NCBI RefSeq assembly: GCF_001194135.2
Contig: NC_068993.1
Location: forward strand, 42,811,422 to 42,875,421
From: Octopus bimaculoides
Lineage: Eukaryota
Length of the DNA: 64,000 nucleotides
Direction: 5' to 3'
The translations under genes were made by a program, and so were the position numbers. Numbering within the stretch: the first letter of the stretch is position 1; every line of letters starts with the position of its first letter. A model generated the notes under the pieces. The model made no database searches. It worked only from the letters and a program-made list of their open reading frames with translations, and was not told where the DNA came from. Of the stretch, positions 51,426 through 64,000 are shown in pieces.

Positions 51426-52394
51426 CATACACAAGCACATACATACCCACGCATGCTCACAAACACACATATTCACTTTTTCATACAGCGTTTTCACTTC
51501 ATTCTGATCTATCTGACATTAATCCTAGCCATTCGATTCTTCTAACAAATATTCTCAAAGTCGACTCCTTTTTCCTATGATTTCGGAGAATTATTTTTAA
51601 TCTACAGAAGATAATCAACGATATATTTCTTGCATCTAGAATAACTTCAGAAACGGATCTGAGGTTTTATTTTTTTTTTCTTTCCGTTTTTGTTTTATTT
51701 CATTTTTCTTTCTTTTTAATCTGGCATTTATCAATCTAGGAGACTTGCTATTTTTTTAATCATAAGACGAAGCAAATTTTCATTGAACATATTTTAAATC
51801 CTACTAGAAGATGAGGAAAACAGTTTTCTAAGCTTTTTTTTTCTCTCTTGTATAGATATATATATTTTGATTGTGGTTTTAGATTACATATGTAAAATTA
51901 GCTTTATACATACATGTGTATAAATATATATGTGTGTGTGTGTATAGAGAGAGATATATACACACATGTTTGTATGTACATATACATATATATCTATATG
52001 TGTGTGTGAGTGCAGGTCTGTGGACGTGTGGGTGTATATATATGTATACATAGACGTCTATATACAAAAGTACATATCTATATATGCGTATGCGAATGTA
52101 TGTGTGAGTTTTGAGTGTGCATTGTGTGTGTGCGTGTGTGTGTGTGTGTGTGATTGTGCGCATGCGTCTGTGTGTATGTGTTTGTGTGTTATGTATGTAT
52201 ATACAACAACCAGTTTTTTTATCTACGCTACTACATGTAAATAAAGGCGGTTATTATCCCTTCAGAAACAAGGTAGAGAGGTGGGGCATCGAGCCAATGA
52301 AAAGGCCTCCAAGCAGTCGTTTTAGAGGTTTTCAGTAACAACTAAATCCCTCAAGGTATACACCAATGTAATATCTTTTATCTTTTGACTTGTT

Positions 52395-52600
52395 TTTCTT
52401 TTTACTTGTTTCAGTCATTGAACTGTGGCAATGTTCGGGTACCCCCTTGAAGGGGTTTACTCGAACAAATCACCCCAGGACATTGTTTTTAGTCTTCTCC
52501 TTATTCTAACGGTCTCTTTTGCTGAACTTCTAATTTACAGGGACGTAAACAAATCAATACCAGGTATCAAGCAGTGAAGGAGTTCACACACACACTCAAC
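52395..52600 (-). mobile_element. Shared SINE 3' module
   Basis: TTACTTGTTTCAGTCATTG..GGTCTCTTTTGCTGAAC..GGGACGTAAAC. Confidence 0.7.
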
Positions 52601-52639
52601 CATATATATACATATACATACATACAAGGGGGTGAGGCC

Positions 52640-53640
52640 GACGATGCTTCCTTGATGTAAGTAGTATTTGTGTCTTTTTAAGTTTTGAACGAGGCCAAAT
52701 TATCCTAAACTATTGGAGGATACATTCATGGTTCCCGTTCATTGATTCAGTGCAGATAGGATTGTGAGCGTAACTAGTTCAAGGGAAGGTTAGGGAAGAA
52801 GCAAAAATCGTTTCATTTGTGCAAGTGTTGGTGTTGATGGAAGTTACAGAAGAGAGCTTTCTTTTATTGGCTGAAAATATTCTCAGAAGAGTTCTTCCAG
52901 GGATGGACTGTTGATGTATCAAATCATGCTTTGGTGACACTTCCTTCCTTTAGCAAGAGGTTTGTTTACGATATGTAGAATTTCCTTTATGTGAGATAGA
53001 TGGATATATGATCTCATCATGCTATCTTACTGGCTATATTTACACCCAAGAAGCACATCAAGATTATTTTTTATGGACAGGTTAAACATTCTAAGATAAT
53101 GTTCATGCTTTTACCAGCATTTGTCCGAGATGATGCCATTGCTTTGCAATATGATAACTTAAATTATTCCCTTCCAGCCATATGCACCAAACTTTCATTC
53201 TCACAACGTCTCTGATTAAGCTTGATGCAACTAATTTACCTTTTTTTATACAGCAGGCGTTAACTAGATCGACAAAAGGGAGTCAGTTATTTAGTATTGT
53301 AGAAATATTGCATTGGTACCTGACGTATAAGTTGAAAACTAACCAGAAAGTTCGGCTGAAAGTGATATAACACAATGCTATTTTATTCCTCTAAGATAAT
53401 TTTGAAGCCACTCTAGAAGATACACTCGCATCATTTCGGATTTCAGTATGGTGCAAAGTCTACGCTCGCAAAGTCTATCGTAGATTACTTTGATGGTCAA
53501 AGCATCGATACATACTTCCTCGCTAAAGTTCAGTAATTCTGTACAAATTTCAATCACATTGTCATAATACATTAGTATTATACTTGCGAAATTGATAAAA
53601 ATGCTTATAATTGTTAGTAACCATGTACTGGACAACAAAG
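52640..53640 (-). mobile_element. Degenerate CR1/L2-type reverse-transcriptase relic
   Basis: CIDALTIKVIYDRLCERRLCTILKSEMMRVYLLEWLQNYLRGIK (ORF 53378-53638) resembles VDxIYLDFxKAFDxVxHxxLLxKLxxxGIxGxLLxWxxxYL; downstream IWLEGNNL and FLGVNIASKI..DHI. Confidence 0.65.
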
Positions 53641-56600
53641 AAGAATTCTACCATACATTGAGATGTTTAATCGGTTGCGTTAAACACTTCTAGTTTACTT
53701 GATTTTTTAAAAATAAATACTTAATATTGCTTTACTCTCAAGTAAAGAACAGCAACGGAATTGTGTAAATTTCTTATCATCTCAAAAGTGTTCTCCTACT
53801 TACATTCCTTTGGTGTTTGGAATAGAGTGCGCCATTACTAAGCAACAGATGCAGATTAGGTTGAGCTATCTTTCTCAACAGGACTCTTGTATATTTTTAA
53901 CTGATTTAATTCGGAAACTGTAGATGAATGCTAGTGCGAATCGAAATACATATTCCATATTCCATTTACTGGAATACAGCTGGTTTATAATTTTTTTAGT
54001 CATACAACACATTTCCTCACAATTTATGCAATACTATCTATACATAATTTTGCAAGGAAGAAGACAGAATATTAAAAGTCTAGTCATGTTATCTTATTTC
54101 CGTTTGTAGGCAAAATTTTGTTAGATAGTTTGAAACTCCATCTTGGGGGGGGGGGGGTTGTCGTATACGAACAATCCGCCATTTTTGCTTCTACTCTTCA
54201 AAATTCATGTTTCATGCTGGGTTTGTTTCATAAATACATATGTAAAACTAATCCCATATAGTTTTACATGTTACTGTAAGCTCTATAAAAGTCGACTTTC
54301 CTTTTTGATAGGTTTTGGTGGAGATATTACCAGCTGATTTCGTTTCAGCTAGTTTACTGCAAATTACAAATCGACATATTACCACGATGCATATGTAGCT
54401 TGGTTAAATTTGCATATGTATTATTATAGCTTTATTCAATAAGATTTCTTTGCAAGATACGTGCAAGAAACAGAATAGTGTCGCCTTATCATTTATACAT
54501 GCATGCTACCACGATTCTATATAATTTCATGTCAGGTTTCTTACAATATTCCAGTTTTCAATCATTTCGATGTGACGACTACTGCTTTAACACTTCAGCT
54601 TTCTCATATTAATAATAACGCTTGCCTAACATTTTGTATAAATTATACCCAGATTGCTCAATATCACAGATAAATCATAGAAGCAACTAGTTATTTTCAT
54701 CCACTCGATATATTTTGTAAGTGAACCTAGAAAATGCTAAATAACTGTAGCTCAGTCACGTATAGCAGTGTGGCACATTAAAAGATATACAAATTATATT
54801 TATGCTTCGTGCCTATATACTCTTGTCTTGCAATCGACTGAGAAGCATTTTTTATTTCTATTTGATAGCTTATTTTAAGTTAGATGACTTTTCTCATTTC
54901 TGTATAATATCTAATAACATTAACTACTAACACTGGAAGAACTGTGCATAAAATTAAAAAGAAGATCCAATTTAGTAAGTTATATAGATATCTAAAAGTA
55001 TCTCTAAGCAAATGAAGATGAGAAATTAATGAAAATGTATATGTAAAGTGACGTCAATCAATAAAAAGAAAAAGACAATATATTTTATTTCCTTCAATAG
55101 ATTTTTAAATGATCCTATAATACAATTTTCCGAACTCTTTATTCAGTCTGAAAAGATGAATATTTCCCGAAATATTATAGAATCATTAAACAACATATAT
55201 ATGCTAATAAAATATCTTCTCTCTTTTCTTTTATTTATTAACAACACTTTTTTATCTAACTTCTCACCTGCATTACTCGAGGTTTTTCTTTTCTTCTTCT
55301 TTTTAATAAATCTTCATTTACACATATTGCAGTGCTTCGAGCAAATTACAAAACGCTTTTTTAATTCACTACATTGTATGAGTTCTTATATTAACAGAAG
55401 TTCAGAATCAGTAAGAATGATCTTTAAGTCAATTGAATTAATCGAAGCATCACGTACCTAGCATGTCATCACACACCCAGTTTGCCATATATTGCCAAGT
55501 GGAAATGAAAAAGAAAGTTCATCCATCTGTTTAGTAGCTATACACCCACTCCAGTGATGTATTACATATTATTTTATTTATTTTTCAACGTTTATTTAGA
55601 CTTTTAAAACGAATTATCAAGTGTTATACACCTAGATGAGATCATGCCTGCGTAAGGTCACAAGCGAAAGGTTGGTAAAATCCCCGCCTAAAACGAAAAA
55701 CTTGAGATCTGAAAATTAAAAAATTCCCAAAGTACGTGTAAGTTTAGTTAAAGAATATTTCATAAGCATTATTTTAATCCCATATCTTGCCTTTAGATTT
55801 CCTTAATTCCTCAAATCTTTCTTTGCTGTAGATATAAAAATTGAATTCCGTTTTATAGTGGGCTGATTAACGATTCAATTGAATATAAGCAGTTTAAAAT
55901 GTGTTCTATAAAAGAAAAGAGAAGAACACTGACTTTCATGTTTGTTCTGAATACGCCAATCTGTCTGTTGACTTCAAAATACATCGGATATTTCTAGCAT
56001 TTTTTTTTTCTTTACAAAGAAAAATCATTTTTATGGCTGATTGTTAAGTTTCCATATTCCCAAATAATATACAAAAGTTATGATATTAAACAAATGAAGG
56101 AGCTTGAGTGTCGGAAGTTTTTCTTCAATGCAATCAATAAACAGCTTCTATAGCATCGTATAAACAAAGAGTTGTTAAAACCAACATATGGCCAATTATC
56201 GGCCAGACAATCAAATTGCTAAATCATTTTAATGCTCTAATTTAGTTTATTAATGATTTTATATTATTTTATCCAGCTACCAAAGTGAATATCAAGGGAA
56301 GTTACACTATTTCTTAAATACGTTAATGCGTTCCATTTACTAAGGCAATTTTACAAAGATGATAACTTAGGTTTAGAATGTATTAATAAGGGTTAGATAT
56401 CATCAGTTCAAATGAATATATTGCTTCTGGCGTATTATTTATTTTGATTAATATATGTAAAATATCACAAGCACATTGTGGCCGAAAATTTAACAAGTGC
56501 GCTTCTGAATCATGAGATCTTAAATTAGCTCCTGTTGAGCGGCATCCTGGACAAATGTATAAATGAAATTGTATAAATGGGAACGTCATAAAAGCTTGTT

Positions 56601-56809
56601 GGGTAGATTGCGCATGTTATGGGAGATCTGCGGTCATGTTACACTGCGTCACGCTTATTCTACCTCAGAATTACATTATGTGTACACGTGTCCGTAGAAT
56701 ACTCATCCCACTTGTACATTACTTCAGGAGCGGGTAATTCAGATACTCGAACAACTGAATCTTTTATTGTCCACCACCAGCACAACATATTAGTTTTAAA
56801 TTTTAGTTC

Positions 56810-56942
56810 AAGACCGAAAGACTTGGGAAGAGGCTAAGTCGATCAGATCGTTCCCAGTGTTCAACTGGTATTTATTTTATCGGCTGAATTTGAACTCGAG
56901 AGATTTTTCTCAGCGTGCTAACCAGTCTGCCAGCTCGTCGCC
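56810..56942 (-). mobile_element. Internally deleted family C SINE
   Basis: GTCGATCAGATCG..CAACTGGTATTTATTTTATCGG joined to GAATTTGAACTC..GCTAACCAGTCTGCCAGCTCGTCGCC. Confidence 0.7.
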
Positions 56943-57049
56943 TTAGCACCACCACCACATATTAAGAATAAGGACTAATTACGTAACCTCTTTTCTAATA
57001 TCTAAATTTTAAGTTTTCATAATGTAGATTATATGTCATTCTGTAATAT

Positions 57050-57800
57050 TCTCATCTCGTCTCATACATTTTCTTGATTGTAGAAAATATATGTCACACC
57101 GTGTTTCACCATAAGTGTATCTTGGCTTATTTTTCAATTTTACATACATCTTATGCAGCAATATTCTTTCTGATGTGATTTACGAGTGACAGCTCTACTA
57201 CTTCTCGAAATAAAACCCTGCACTCTCTGCTAAACAATGCGAATTAAGTTCTTTGAATTCCATCCATAACTGCTACCATTTAAGCTCATGACACTCTACA
57301 CCCAAGCAGATACTGTAACCCTACCAACCAACAATAATACTTACTGATTTCTATAGAAAATATTATCCAACCTTATCTGATACCACCTTCCTGTCTTTTT
57401 CTTTTCTTAACTGTTTTGAAAAATTCGATTCTAGAGCGTATTTCTATGTCCTTACTATGATCTTTCTCTCAGTTCATGTCAAATGTTTCCTCAAATTAAG
57501 AGATACTATCTGAGGAACATAACAAATGCCCTCTCTTTCCTCCGCCTGTCACTAATTCATCTCTCTAATATCTCGTCCATTCCACCGTTATGTATACTGT
57601 CATCTTTTTCACTCGTATCCAAGCAAATCTTTCTGTGACTCATATCACAAACTGGATCTCTAACATATCAGTCTCTGTGACACCCATCACAAATTATTAT
57701 CTTCCATGAAATCAAAAACCTGTCGCCTATTATTTTCTGTTTTCCATTATATTGTATGTCACTATAATACAACTTCTTCGTTTAACCAAGTTCTAAGTCG
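57050..57800 (-). mobile_element. Very old LINE AP-endonuclease-like relic
   Basis: Minus-strand VMGVTET and PRYTYGETRCDIYF motifs in EN-domain order; heavily interrupted. Confidence 0.35.
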
Positions 57801-58289
57801 TCGGTTTGTTCTTGATAAATGTCACTCATCAGACATTTAGAGTTAACTTACTATAACAACTCTTTCGTCGACAATGAAACCTTTAATCTACTTTGGATTA
57901 ACCTTTATATTACTTGTAATAATATTCCATCTTTTCTTCGCCATCTAAATCGTCTTTCAAACGTTTTCCTAAGATATTTAATATGACATGGATACTTTGT
58001 TACAGATCTAAGATGTCTTCCGGGAGACACGTTTCGTTCGTCATCTCTCATTACTTTCACAGTTTGAATAGATCCTCAGTGATAATAAACAGTTTAACAA
58101 TCTTGCACGTGATTATTGTGCAGTTTGTTTTATCTACTAGTCAACTAAAAGAGTGAGAAGGAACGAAGAAATCAGCCTACCGATCTTTATTCATCTATTT
58201 TTACCATCAAAATAAATCAAAAGCGAAAGGTTTGTTTCCAATAATATTTATAGAAAATATAATTAATGATTATTTTCTGTATTAAAGAC

Positions 58290-58425
58290 ACAAGTACCGA
58301 AATATTAGTGGAGGTGGTTAGTCGTTAACATCGATACCAATCTTTGACTAGTATTTTCATTTAATCGACCCTGGAGCGATAATAAGCAAAGTTGAAATTG
58401 ACAGAGTTTTAACCCAGAACATGAA
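58290..58425 (-). mobile_element. Degenerate family C SINE
   Basis: ACAAGTACCGAAAT..TAATCGACCCTGG..GCAAAGTTGAAATTGACAGAGTTTTAACCCAGAAC. Confidence 0.5.
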
Positions 58426-59399
58426 AGGTTAATTCAATTGTCTTTCGGCCTTCTTTTCTAGTGATATACCGTCGTTCGATGTCAGAGTCATTATGTAAAA
58501 GGAAATATATTTAAAAACATTTCTTGTTTTACATTCTACAGTGTTTATTTCTGTTCCTCGCCGATACATTATCACATACCCATTTTCATTACATGTGTAG
58601 CATTGTAAATGATAGCACAGAGACTGTGCATCGAAATAGATTGTAATCATTTTTTGAACTGTCACAATATTCGCTTTTCCATTCCGTTAGGATTCCTTTC
58701 TCACACTGGGTCCTACTACCATCTATATGTTCACGTATTTGAAGAATGCGGAATTGTTCAGTTGTATTACTTAATCTAACTGGAGCCCCAAATTAACTTC
58801 TTTACGCGTCAGTTACCTCGTTTTTTTGCACTCCTTAGAATAAACGTCATTTTAACATGCTTACTAATAACTGTCTGACAATACGAAAGAAACTTTCAAT
58901 CTATGCGTCGTGTGTAGCATAGAATTTTAGGTCATACGTCGGGAGGAGATAATAGTTAAATTTTATCATCCGTCCTCCTGTATACCATTCTAAATTCAAT
59001 TCTTTATTAGCCACCTTGAAACTAAGAAAGAATAAAATGAAGACCAAATATACTGTTCCTTTACACCTCAGTAAATATTCCCGTAAAGTTATCGCTTATT
59101 CATAAGGTTACTATAGTGATAACAAGAATTTGTCTTCTTCGTTGTCTTGATTGATGTAGTTTCATTGTTTTGATAAAACCCTTCTTCTAATCTATCCATA
59201 AGCATGAAATGTTCTATTTTTATAGCTTAACATCATTCTGTACCAAACTGTTAAGAAAGGGTCGGTCGATTGTTCCGAAGGATGAAGGCGTACACACTTT
59301 CTACTCTCAATAATTACAGTCACTTTTGAAAATTTTCATGTCGCATGATAGCTTTGATAGCAATTGATAGACTACTGAGAGATAAATGATGAAGAAATA

Positions 59400-60300
59400 A
59401 TTAGAACCTGAATACTGTTCGTCATTAAAGTGGATGTGGTGCGAGGATGCTTTGTTGGTATCAGTAGAATAAGTGCTTTCTTGCTGGTGATGGATGCGCC
59501 CTCATTGGACGGTACATTCGAGTTCTTAATCCATGGAGTCAGTATATGATATTTAGGTTGCGAGTAAATGATACACAGCTAAGGAATGAAGATTGATGTC
59601 ACTTGTATAACGGTGGGGATTATTCTACGTGTAGACAAGCGAGTTATTGGGACTTAGGAGGAAGTGGTTAACAAAACCCAACCATGAGTAGGCCAGGGAT
59701 GATAAAATTTAGAATAGAAAGAGCTTTGTGAATACGCAGCAACTGTATGATCTGATAGGAAACTTCCAATCTAAGAGATGAAAGACGAAAAGATTCCATG
59801 AATTTCGATTGGCGATATGTATCTGAGAAACGATAGAAAGCTTTGCTTCAGTTCATAGCGCAAACTTTGCTTTTACCAAATTACTTCGGGGCAAGAGAGG
59901 ATGTGGTAAATGATGAAAGAGAGTAGGTAACCAGTGGAGCTGAATTTATGCAAACTGTAATGGTAAACATTAAAGAGAGAGCGCTTGAAAGCTTTGGAGG
60001 ATGTTGTTGTTATTGGTTACCTCTATTATCTCAGAGATATTAGAAGTGAGTAAATTAGGTTAAGTGAACTGAGTCCTTCTAATGAATTTGTGGATTTCAT
60101 ATCAGAGACAAAATAGATGCAGATACCACAGAATCGACTACAGTAAGAAGTAGAAGATTTCACAAAATAGCTGTTATCAGTCCGCATGAAGCAGAAGTAA
60201 TTGTTATTGCGTGTATGCGCAATGACACCAGAATGTCGAGTAAGAACGACGGTTGCTATATCTATCGAACCGAAATCACTTGAGGATGTTCTATTCTGTA
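59400..60300 (-). mobile_element. Degenerate CR1-type RT relic
   Basis: SDMKSTNSLEGLSSLNLIYSLL..TSSKAFKRS resembles SDxQxGFRxxRSTxDLL..DISKAFDRV. Confidence 0.5.
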
Positions 60301-61197
60301 AGATGACAACGAGTTTGACAGTTATAGACCACATCGCTTTCCTTCCGGGCACTGTTTCTACTGACAAGAATATCTCACGAGAAGTCAATAACCTAACTTG
60401 TCAAGTTCTGCAGTATACTAGCAGTTTAAAGCATTAGTGCTTTCTTTGGTCATGAAAATATGCATGTTCCGATTGACTTGGCTCTACATTGCTTACACCA
60501 TTGAAAGTTGGCCAATAACAAACTAAATATCTTCGATTCACGTTTGTTTTCATCGACTGCTACAGACACCCAAAATAAAACATGTGAGGAATAAAAAAAA
60601 GTGTTACAAGCAGTTGAAAGTAGCATTTGTCAAAACAAGATAGTGGGATGGAGCCTAAAATTGTGCAACCGACGTGAATGTGTGAAGTGGAAGGGAAAAA
60701 AATAAAAGAAACGTGGTTGGTCTCGAGTACCCTGTGGTTATGTACACTTAAGGCAAATTACATCTTGAGGAGTGCTTGGTGTGAGCAGCAGGTGAGCTTG
60801 GCACTCAGTTGTGATGAATGGAGGGCGCTATGTGGAACTATATACGTTTCAAGTTGTTTGGTGTCTTTATGAATGATAAAAGCGATTAAACATATGACAG
60901 AGGACTTTTATGATGAAGATAACACACCAACTGAAACTAGAGTGAGAAATAAATCTATAGAACAAGGCCACAAACCATGACAACAGAAAGATGACAAACA
61001 AGACCCCCTGTAGAGCCAGTACACTGTAAACTTGTACATTGGATCTATAAGACTAAACGTACAAAGATGCCATTGAATTATAAATTCCCTGGTATAGACA
61101 TGCATAAAACAGATCTAATGTTCTGCATAAATATAAACGGTCGCAGATAGAAATACATATGCATACATATCTATCAAGCTATCATTCTATTAATTTC

Positions 61198-61240
<43 letters not shown>

Positions 61241-61349
61241 GTCTGTCTATCTATCTATCTATCTATCTATCTATATCTGTATACATATGTGTGTTCGTGA
61301 GTGTGTGTGTGTGTATGTGTATGTGTACGTGTGTACATATATATATTCT

Positions 61350-61734
61350 TTTATTTTTTACTTGTTTCAGTCAGTAGACTGCAACCTTGTTGGGGAACTG
61401 CCTTGAATAATTTCAATCAAATGAATCGACTACAGTACATTTTTCCTTTTATTTCTTAAGCGTAGTACATATTTTATCGGTCTTTATTGCCGAACTGCTA
61501 GATTACGGGGACGTAAACACACCGACATTGGTTTTCAAGCAGTGGTGGAGTACAAACACAAACACACAGACACACGCTCATATGTTTCAGCTTCCGTCTA
61601 CCAAATCCACTCACAAGGCTTTGGTCGGCTCGAGGCTATAGTCGAAGACACTTGCCCAAAGTGCCGCGCAATGGGACTGAACCCGGAACCATGAGGTTGG
61701 TAGGCAAACTACTTACCACACAGCCATTCCTGCG
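61350..61734 (-). mobile_element. Full-length bipartite SINE (family A)
   Basis: Reverse complement collinear with 11384-11824. Confidence 0.85.
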
Positions 61735-61749
61735 ATAAAACATCAATTA

Positions 61750-61855
61750 CGCAGCTGTAAATACCTAATCTTGCGATGGACTGGCGTTCTATTGAGGGGG
61801 AGCGTTGTGCTTTCGGTTGCTTATACGTCATGGTAACCGGTTAACCGGCTCTATG
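61750..61855 (+). mobile_element. 3' fragment of family E-like SINE
   Basis: GCAGCTGTAAATACC..TGCGATGGACTGGCGTTC..GGTAACCGG..CCGGCTCTATGA, similar to the 3' half of the 16884 copy. Confidence 0.5.
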
Positions 61856-61914
61856 ACTCTTAGAACTCCAGGCAGTACTTACTTAAAGGAGCCTAAATCG
61901 TTAAATGGTGTCAT

Positions 61915-62128
61915 GGGCGATGGATTAAGAGAATCATTATAAAGTTCGACGAAAATTCCTCTTATTACGTTATGACTTCCGACATTTTACGTTCTGAGTT
62001 CAAAATCCCATTGTGCTAAACTTCACATTACATCATTTCGACTACCAATCAAGTAAGTACCAGGATTGATATAATCAACTAGAATTTCTTCTCTCGAAAT
62101 ATCTGGACCTGTGTCTATGGACTGAAAC
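61915..62128 (+). mobile_element. Degenerate family C SINE
   Basis: TTTTACGTTCTGAGTTCAAAATCCC..AAGTAAGTACCAGG..GGACCTGTGTCTATGGACTGAAAC. Confidence 0.55.
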
Positions 62129-62534
62129 AAATATTTGATGGTGTCAGTCTGTATTAGAACAATCACATTTCAATCGTATGTTTAATTGTAGATTGAAGAC
62201 CAATATCAAAATATTGACAAAAGATCGTTCGTCTCGTCTCTATTATACCAGTTCTGAATACAATTACATACCAACACATACTGACATCCGTCTACATTAC
62301 CTCTTTCTGTCTCTCCCTCTCCCTCTCTATCCTCCCTCTCTATCCTCCCCCCTCTCTCTCTCTCTCAATTCCGGAATACGTTCTTTGTAGACAGCCTTTA
62401 AGCAAGATAAAAATTTCAGAAAAACGTCTGAAGAAACAATATGTTTAGCCTGAAGCATTGTTTAGCATTACTTTTTTGAAATAAATTTACAGAATGAAAA
62501 TAATGTGAATAGCAGTTGAATCTTTTACACAAGA

Positions 62535-62612
62535 GGTACAGGCATGGCTGCGTGGTAACTAGTTTGCTTCCCAACTACATGGTTTCGGGTTCAGTCACAC
62601 TGCGCGGCACTT
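62535..62612 (+). mobile_element. Truncated family A SINE head
   Basis: GGCATGGCTGCGTGGTAACTAGTTTGCTTCCCAACTACATGGTTTCGGGTTCAGTC. Confidence 0.7.
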
Positions 62613-62798
62613 TGTATAGATAGTATATGTATATATATATGTGTGTGTGTGTGTGTATCGTTCTAGTCTAACGACCTTCCATGTTTGTTTTCATTTGGTT
62701 TTCTTTTCCATTTTTCCTCGTTGTTTACGTATTTACCGCGTTTGCTTACGTATTTCATGTTATTTGCAGCGTTGGTGACGTCATGTACCCATATATGC

Positions 62799-62856
<58 letters not shown>

Positions 62857-63926
62857 GTATGTATTTATGTATATATATATATAACAGATTAGCTAGATGT
62901 AAAATACACCTAAGGGACATTAAATATCCAAAGAATTTACTGGTTTATATTACCTATACAATAACAATGTTACTCCAATAGATAAATAGAAATACACGTA
63001 CAGTTTATAAATATAAAAATATAGATCAGAAATGGAAATCAAAACAATAACTTGAACAACTATAAATTCAATCCAATTCAACTTTTCGTCAAATATTTAA
63101 GCAGATATGTCTATCCGATGAAGCATCATTACATATTTAAACGGATTTGATTCGTTTTATTAATGAAGCGGAAACACCTGTAATTTATGAGATGTGTCAT
63201 TTGTTTGTATATTCAATTTATTGTATTGTTTTCCATTTCTGATCTATACATATTTATATAATATTATTATTATTATATATACATATATTCATGTGCCAGG
63301 ACACCCTACGTACTACCGGTAGCATGTATCCAAGAACAGCCCAACGCATGGTTGGAACGTCGGCGACAGAAGTGGCAATCCTACCGAACCTGCTTGGTGA
63401 GGATGGTAGTTTTTGTTGACCACCCTGCAAAAAACAAAACTTGTCAAACGTCAGACGAATTCATTAGAATCAACGGCCATCCTACACTAGGGACTGAAGG
63501 ATCTGAAGCCTTATTTTAAAGTTTTCTCTGAGAGAAAGAGAACTCTGATGTTTCACCTGACACCTCATTTGCATCCTATGATGCACAGTAGTTCGTTTTT
63601 ATGGGTAAATACAAAATATGTTTAGAGAGCAAGATTGGACCAGTGCAATGCTCTTCCACGGTTGAAAGAGTTTCAGGCATCGCTTGAATTTGAATATCTT
63701 TATTATGTGTTGCATACTATGGCTGGCGGTTATTAAAAACAGCAATACATTGAAGAAAGTATTCTATGATGGAATGAAGATATGCATCAACGTGGGTGGT
63801 AAGTTGCAAAAAGCAGCTATCGTTGCCACATCTGCGCTAAAGGGTGTCGGTACCTGACAGGTGTCACATCTATTTTGCTCATGTTCAAAAAAGTAATCAA
63901 GTGATGGTATTGCACGCATTTGTATG

Positions 63927-63966
<40 letters not shown>

Positions 63967-64000
63967 TGTATGTGTGTGTGTGTATACACACATATATATA

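Noticed and set aside
55048-55461. 137-aa ORF and nearby splice-like sites on both strands
   Set aside because: F/L/I/N-rich composition typical of AT-rich non-coding DNA, with no homology recognised.

Overview
AT-rich, gap-ridden eukaryotic non-coding DNA (intergenic or a very large intron). The SINE families and the TA/TG/ATAG/ATGT microsatellite load look like an octopus genome; this is inference from recognising the repeats. No protein-coding gene can be supported, and most ORF-track entries are translations of microsatellites and N gaps. Supported content: about 25 SINE copies from 4 families, degenerate LINE relics (CR1/L2-type EN/RT, R4/Dong-type RT and REL 3' ends in TAA repeats), a Penelope-like GIY-YIG 3' remnant, two palindromic fold-back elements and a local inverted duplication. 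The most notable signal is an essentially intact type I hammerhead ribozyme at 10607-10694 (+), inside a ~170-nt unit that resembles a retrozyme monomer. A second, degenerate hammerhead-like motif lies in the Penelope pseudo-LTR at 6003-6036.
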